DNA of 64,000 nucleotides from Macrostomum lignano (lineage: Eukaryota): NCBI GenBank assembly GCA_002269645.1, contig NIVC01001567.1, positions 203,587 to 267,586 of the forward strand, given 5' to 3'. The notes under the pieces were generated by a model. It ran no database searches and was not told the origin of the DNA. It was given only the letters and a program-made list of their open reading frames with translations. The position numbers and the translations under genes are program-made. Positions 58,900 through 64,000 of the stretch are shown here, one piece after another. Positions within the stretch are counted from its first letter, which is position 1, and every line of letters starts with the position of its first letter.

Positions 58900-61800
58900 A
58901 CTTTACAAACCAACTATTTTTAAAATATACACAGGCGCAAGAGCCAATTTTTTAAAAACGGCTGACGCGCGGCCAGGGAGTTGTCGGCTTGGCACTCCCT
59001 CGGCATACTTAATAACTAAACAACTCGGAAAAAGCATTCGTTTTCCGTCCTTAAAGAAAAGGCAATAGTTGCCTTGGTAACTAATAAGCACTATAGTTTT
59101 AATACATCACAGGTATCCACAGTGTGGGCCTTCGGATGTGTCTTGCTATTCTGTGAATTAGCATCTGAGGTAGCTACTCACCTGGCGTCTGCATCGGCCT
59201 TCGGCGGCGACTTCAGCGGCATTGTCGGCGGCTTCGGCTTTTTCAGCGGTGACTGCAGCGGCTCCGGCTTCGTCAGCGACATCTCGGCGCCTGCAGCTTC
59301 GGCGGCTTCGACGGCTTGGTCCGGCGGCTCGGCGGTGCGACCCGGCTGGGCGGCGGCGGCAGCGGCGCGTCACGGCGGCGACAGCAGCGCGGCTCGTCGG
59401 AAGCGGCGGTGACAGGCACCTCGCGCGGCATCTGCAGCACGGCGCCAGACCAGCCCGGCTTATAGATATTAGAGCTTAGTTTTGATTTAGGACCTTCTCT
59501 TGTATTTTGTAGACAATCTACTACTATCAGTAGGATTATTAGTGTTTTAACATAGTTTTATTATTTATAAGTTTTAAAGTTTTATAAATTAGCCTACTGT
59601 TTTAAGGCTTTATTTTGTAAACACTTAGTACTAGCACAATCTGCAATGGAAGTAGAAGTCAATAGCAAAAGATGTGGTTCTAGAGACACTGACTCGCCGC
59701 CAGTCAGCACCAAGAAGCGCAACAACCGGTCCTCTTCCGGTCGAGACCAAAGGTCCTGTTCTGCGTCCTCCAGCAATGAGCCGTCTTGTGTGCAACAGCA
59801 GACAGTGACTGAAGAACCTCCCTCATGCGGTCAGCGATGGTGAGAGTCAGCCTGTCAAGAGTAGTAAACTAGCAGACTTAGGAAAAGCAACTAACATATT
59901 GACACTCAGTCTACCAGAACCTGACCTCACAGATGACAAAACTAGCCAGCCTTTAACTAACTGCAAAATCAGCAGCTCAAATCTTCTGAAGCCAAGCTAA
60001 TTAAAATTATAATGGAAGACATTTATCCAAACTCATACCACCATCTAACCAAGGGCAAGCCTGAGGCCAGGAGAATAGTCTGGTATGGGCCTGAGTACAC
60101 CTATGGGGGTACTAAGATTGAGTGCAACGACGCTTGGCACCCAGTCGTCACTCACTTAGCCACTTGGCTTCACGTCGAGCTTAGAGTGCCACTAGCTAAT
60201 TCGTGCCTGATCAAATTTTATAAAGATGGATCGGTAGCCATCCATGGCACTCTGACAACGAACCAGAGTTAGGCCACGACCCGACCATTGTGTCGGTGTC
60301 GCTGGGAGCCCAGAGAGACTTCCAGCTTCGAACTAAAGGGCCAGATTTAGAATATAGTCTACTCGCAGAGGCTTGCCAGTGGTAGCATCACGATAATGAG
60401 TGGGGCTAGCAACTCAGCAATCAACCAATCGCACTCAGCAGCCAAGCACACACACTCAGCAGCCACAAGCACGCACTCAGCAGCCAAGCTCACAACAATC
60501 TAATAATTCTAAATTAACTAAAATTACGCCAGTTGTATTTGAGATGCCCGTTGAGGCTAAGAATCCTATTAAATTCGAATATTTCTTAAAAACAAACTTT
60601 CCTAACACTCGCATCGTGTCATCATCGTGTCATAGCTCAGGACACTACGTAATTTACTAATTCTCCACACGATATGAACAACTTATTGACAACAACACTA
60701 AAAGTTAACGAAATTAATGGGCACACTGTCACTAGGCGCCTGCCGTCAAATAGGCCACTGCACCAAGGCGATGATCGGCTGCGTAAGCCCCTTAAATCGC
60801 CGCAGGTCCGCGCCTTCATCGTCAAAGGTGTTCCTCTAGCCGTGGAAGCCGAGGAACTGCTGCAATATTTAGATGAAAATCAGGCACATTTTTAATTCGA
60901 CAGTGCGGTACGCATTGTCTCGAAGGCCTCAGGCCAACCGACACCTCTCATCAGGATGTTTACAAAGTCAAGGGCAACTTACGACACCTGCCTGGAGAAC
61001 GGCATTAAGCTTGGGGCATTGAAACTCGGGTGCGAAGAATCGCACAATCTTCCACGGTCAAGGAAGTTCAGTGCCACAGGTGTCAAGGCCTTGGACGCAC
61101 CGAAAGCAGGTGCAACGCCGGTTTTGTTTGCAACAAGTGTGCCGGGGCGCACTATTCCGGCGACTGCCCAAAAGATACGGCTTTAAGTGCGCTAATTGTG
61201 GGGGTGAACACCCGGCGTTCTCCTTCAAATGCCCAAAAGGTTCAGCATGCAAATGAGAGCGGCGACTGAAAGAGAGCATCATAGAGTTCAAACTTTAAGA
61301 CTTAAATTCAAACAGACTAGAAAATTAGAACCTACTCAAAATCTAGCTGAGACATTTGGCGTACCTGGCCCTGTCTCGTACGCGGAGGCTGTCAATCAGG
61401 TGCCAGTACTAGGACCAATCGCGTTCGAGAACAGAGCTTCCAAAGCGTTCAAGGCTGCTGCTGCTGCCGCTGCTGCCGCCCAGCCAGCAGCGCCGTCTAC
61501 TGCTGCTGCTGCTGCCGCCCAACCAGCAATGTCGTCTGCTGCTGCTGCTGCCGCCGCTGCCGCCCATTCAGCAGTGCCGTCTGAGACTAAAGCTCCTGTG
61601 ACCAAGAAGCCTGCAATGACACCAATCAATGCCGATCCAAATAACACTGACAATGCCGCCACTTCTTCTGCTGGAAACGGTGAGAGGGCTTTACTCAGGT
61701 GACGTGCTCGAGGTGGTTCTCGGGGCACTCAACCGATCATAGAGATCGAACCGGGGCGTCTGCTCACTGCCTGGGAAGCAAGCCAGCTTGCTATTCGGGT

Positions 61801-64000
61801 AGTGACGGAAGTCCTGGCGACTTTCCTGAATCACGGAAGAGTGCCCGCTGTCAGGGCAGGGGAAACCAAAGCCACTTCGGTGAGCGGAGGCGGATCCAGC
61901 CCTGAATAATCACTGACTTACTATGGCTTTCTATAATAAATCTTCCAAAAGTGCACTAAACATAGGACACCTTAACTGCAACAAATTAAGCAACAAAATG
62001 CACGAAATTATTATGTGGTTGCACAATGACGATATTGACATTGGTCTTTGCTGCGGGCTGGCTTCTGCCCGAGCAGATTGAGCTTTAATTTGTAATTGCC
62101 ATAGACAAGTTTATTTGCCTGTACTGCGATTAGTTGGCGCAAGTGTCAAAGAGCCTTCGTGACAAAAAATAGAAATACATAAGTATTCAAGAAGACTGAT
62201 AAGAGCAACGGCTGCAAGAGCCGAGAGTGCACGGCACACAACTTGCGTAAATATAACGCAATACAAAAGACAGACTTGTAACAGTATTTTCTCTGAAACC
62301 GATCTTAAAAATATTGATACTTTTTATGTACAAGGTTATGCCATCATCAGGTATGACACTCCTGACTGCAGAAGGGACTGGCAATTGCCTACAAGAATAA
62401 CTTTAAAATTTGAAATGTCAATAAATATTATGACAATTCCAATTATGAGCTTATCAGCCTTGATGTCACTCCAACAACAATCCCTGTAGTACTCTTAGGA
62501 TTTCTGTTATCTACAGAGCTCCCAATCCTGACCATATCAGCACTGCACTGCTTGAGCAGCTGCTCTCCCAACCCAGATCCTTACTATTAGGGGATCTCAA
62601 CTGTCACTCTATGCTAGGTGGGGACAGTGTAGAAAACTTCCCAGGCAAACAGCTATTCGATTGGCTCGATAATCACCCTGATCCCCCCTCTATCCTCAAC
62701 TCCTTTGGTGACTGCACCAGGATTTATAATAGAGGGGGCAACATTATCGGGAATGTTCTTGATCTAGGTATTTGTTCCCCTGATCTAGTCAACTCTGTTA
62801 GTGATGTTTTAGGGGCGATGACCTTGATAGTGATCACCTACCCATTATGATTAAAGTCTTCCTCGACCCCTGCTCCAAGGTTAAACCAAAGCCATCCAAG
62901 AGTTTTTGGCACACTGACTGGGAAGCTTTTAAGTATGCACTCCAGATAATTTAGAAAACTGCAGCATGATTCGTTCCCGAATCTTCACTCCCGATGATCT
63001 TGACAACGTGTTGATAAGCTCACGGAAAAAATCCATGAAACAATAGAGTAGGTGGTCCCAGATAGGGATCCGAGAGAACAGCTTCTCCAGACATTGTAGA
63101 AAAGATTAGGAACAGAAGAAAGCTTCAAAAACTTTTCAAAAAACCAGAATTGACGCTTTTAGAGTACAGGCAAACCAAGCCGCTAAAGAAATAAGAATTG
63201 CTATAAGAATGCATAGGTACAGAAAATTTGAGAATGTATGCCAGAAAATTGCTAAAACTAGCTACAGAAAAGAACCCTGTCAATTCTGGATCGACATAAA
63301 GAAAATGACCGGACAATATATTAAACCAGTCTCATTTCCCGCCCTTAGCTACAAAGGGGTGACTGCCGAAACTGAGCAAGAAACTGCAAACTTATTTCAA
63401 GATTTCCTCAAGGACCAAATGCAGCCTCATCCCGACACCAAGTCCCTTATCTAAAAGGAGGTTATTTCTAAGGAAAATCATGAGATCTTCCGGCCCTACG
63501 ACTGCATGGCCAGAGCCCTGACCTATCACCGGGACAGAACTGACCTGATGACCCTGGTAGGGAAGCCATGGAATCTGACATCTTAACATTCTGGATATAG
63601 ACGTCCTCATGGAAACAAAAAATCTTAGATCTGGGGGAGCCCCTGGCCCTGATCAGATCCCAAACATTGTCCTCAAACGAGGGCTTAGTCCGCGACTCTG
63701 TTAGAACTATTGCAAAAATTTTCAACACAAGCTTTTTCTGGGCTTTTTCCCAAGGCCTGGAAGCGGGCGACTATCAAAATGATACCAAAGCCAAAGAAGT
63801 TTAGGCATGAAATAAACAATTACTGCCTATCAGCCTAACCTCCTGCCTGGGAAAACTTTACGAAAAAATAATTGCCAGAAATCTTAGAAAAACAAGGCAT
63901 TATTAATGAAGACCAATGTGCGTACAGACAAGATCATTGTACGTTTGACAACATTGGTGCGACTCACAGACGATATACTAAAATGAATTTATGGAGACAT
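58900..64000 (+). mobile_element. Decayed non-LTR retrotransposon (Jockey/I group): 5' UTR, ORF1 (AlkB-like + CCHC gag), ORF2 (APE + start of RT)
   Basis: ORF1 remnants span 59646-61702: MEVEVNSK.., AlkB motifs, FIVKGVP (RRM-like), three knuckles CHRCQGLGRTESRC / CNKCAGAHYSGDC / CANCGGEHPAFSFKC, and SYAEAV. ORF2 starts at ~61960: GHLNCNKLSNK, SETDL, GYAIIRYD, GDLNCH, VLDLGICS, then LPISLTSCLGKLYEKII and EDQCAYR. Many frameshifts and stops; the 5' boundary is approximate and the element runs off the window. Confidence 0.9.
60060..60425 (+). pseudogene. AlkB/ALKBH2-3-like 2OG-Fe(II) dioxygenase domain within LINE ORF1 (frameshifted, C-terminally truncated)
   Basis: RRIVWYGPEYTYGG..WHPVV..ANSCLIKFYKDGSVAI / WHSDNEPELGHDPTIVSVSLGAQRDFQLR / SGSITIMSG / ATQQ. 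The HxD motif lies at 60248-60256. Confidence 0.85.

Overview
Eukaryotic (animal) genomic DNA, extremely rich in mini- and microsatellites. The style (repeat-filled introns, GC-rich exons, poly-Ala runs) suggests a flatworm such as Macrostomum, but that is inference only. Four spliced host genes could be assembled by hand with GT-AG boundaries and consistent phases: an ELOVL4-like elongase (3572-6528 +), a strongly diverged type II pantothenate-kinase-like gene (8439-11936 +), a 14-exon Elk/KCNH8-like potassium channel (19202-49388 +) and a tetraspanin (52189-50713 -). Mobile DNA comprises a Penelope-like retroelement with a minimal hammerhead ribozyme inserted in a compound microsatellite (about 14724-16797), two copies of a tRNA/CORE-type SINE, a decayed Polinton/Maverick major-capsid fragment (about 57240-57890 -), the 3' end of a Jockey/I-type LINE, and directly after it a decayed near-full-length LINE running off the window. 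The most notable signal is an AlkB-like (2OG-Fe(II) demethylase) domain inside ORF1 of that LINE, upstream of the gag zinc knuckles. Most long ORFs in the supplied track are artefacts of tandem repeats.
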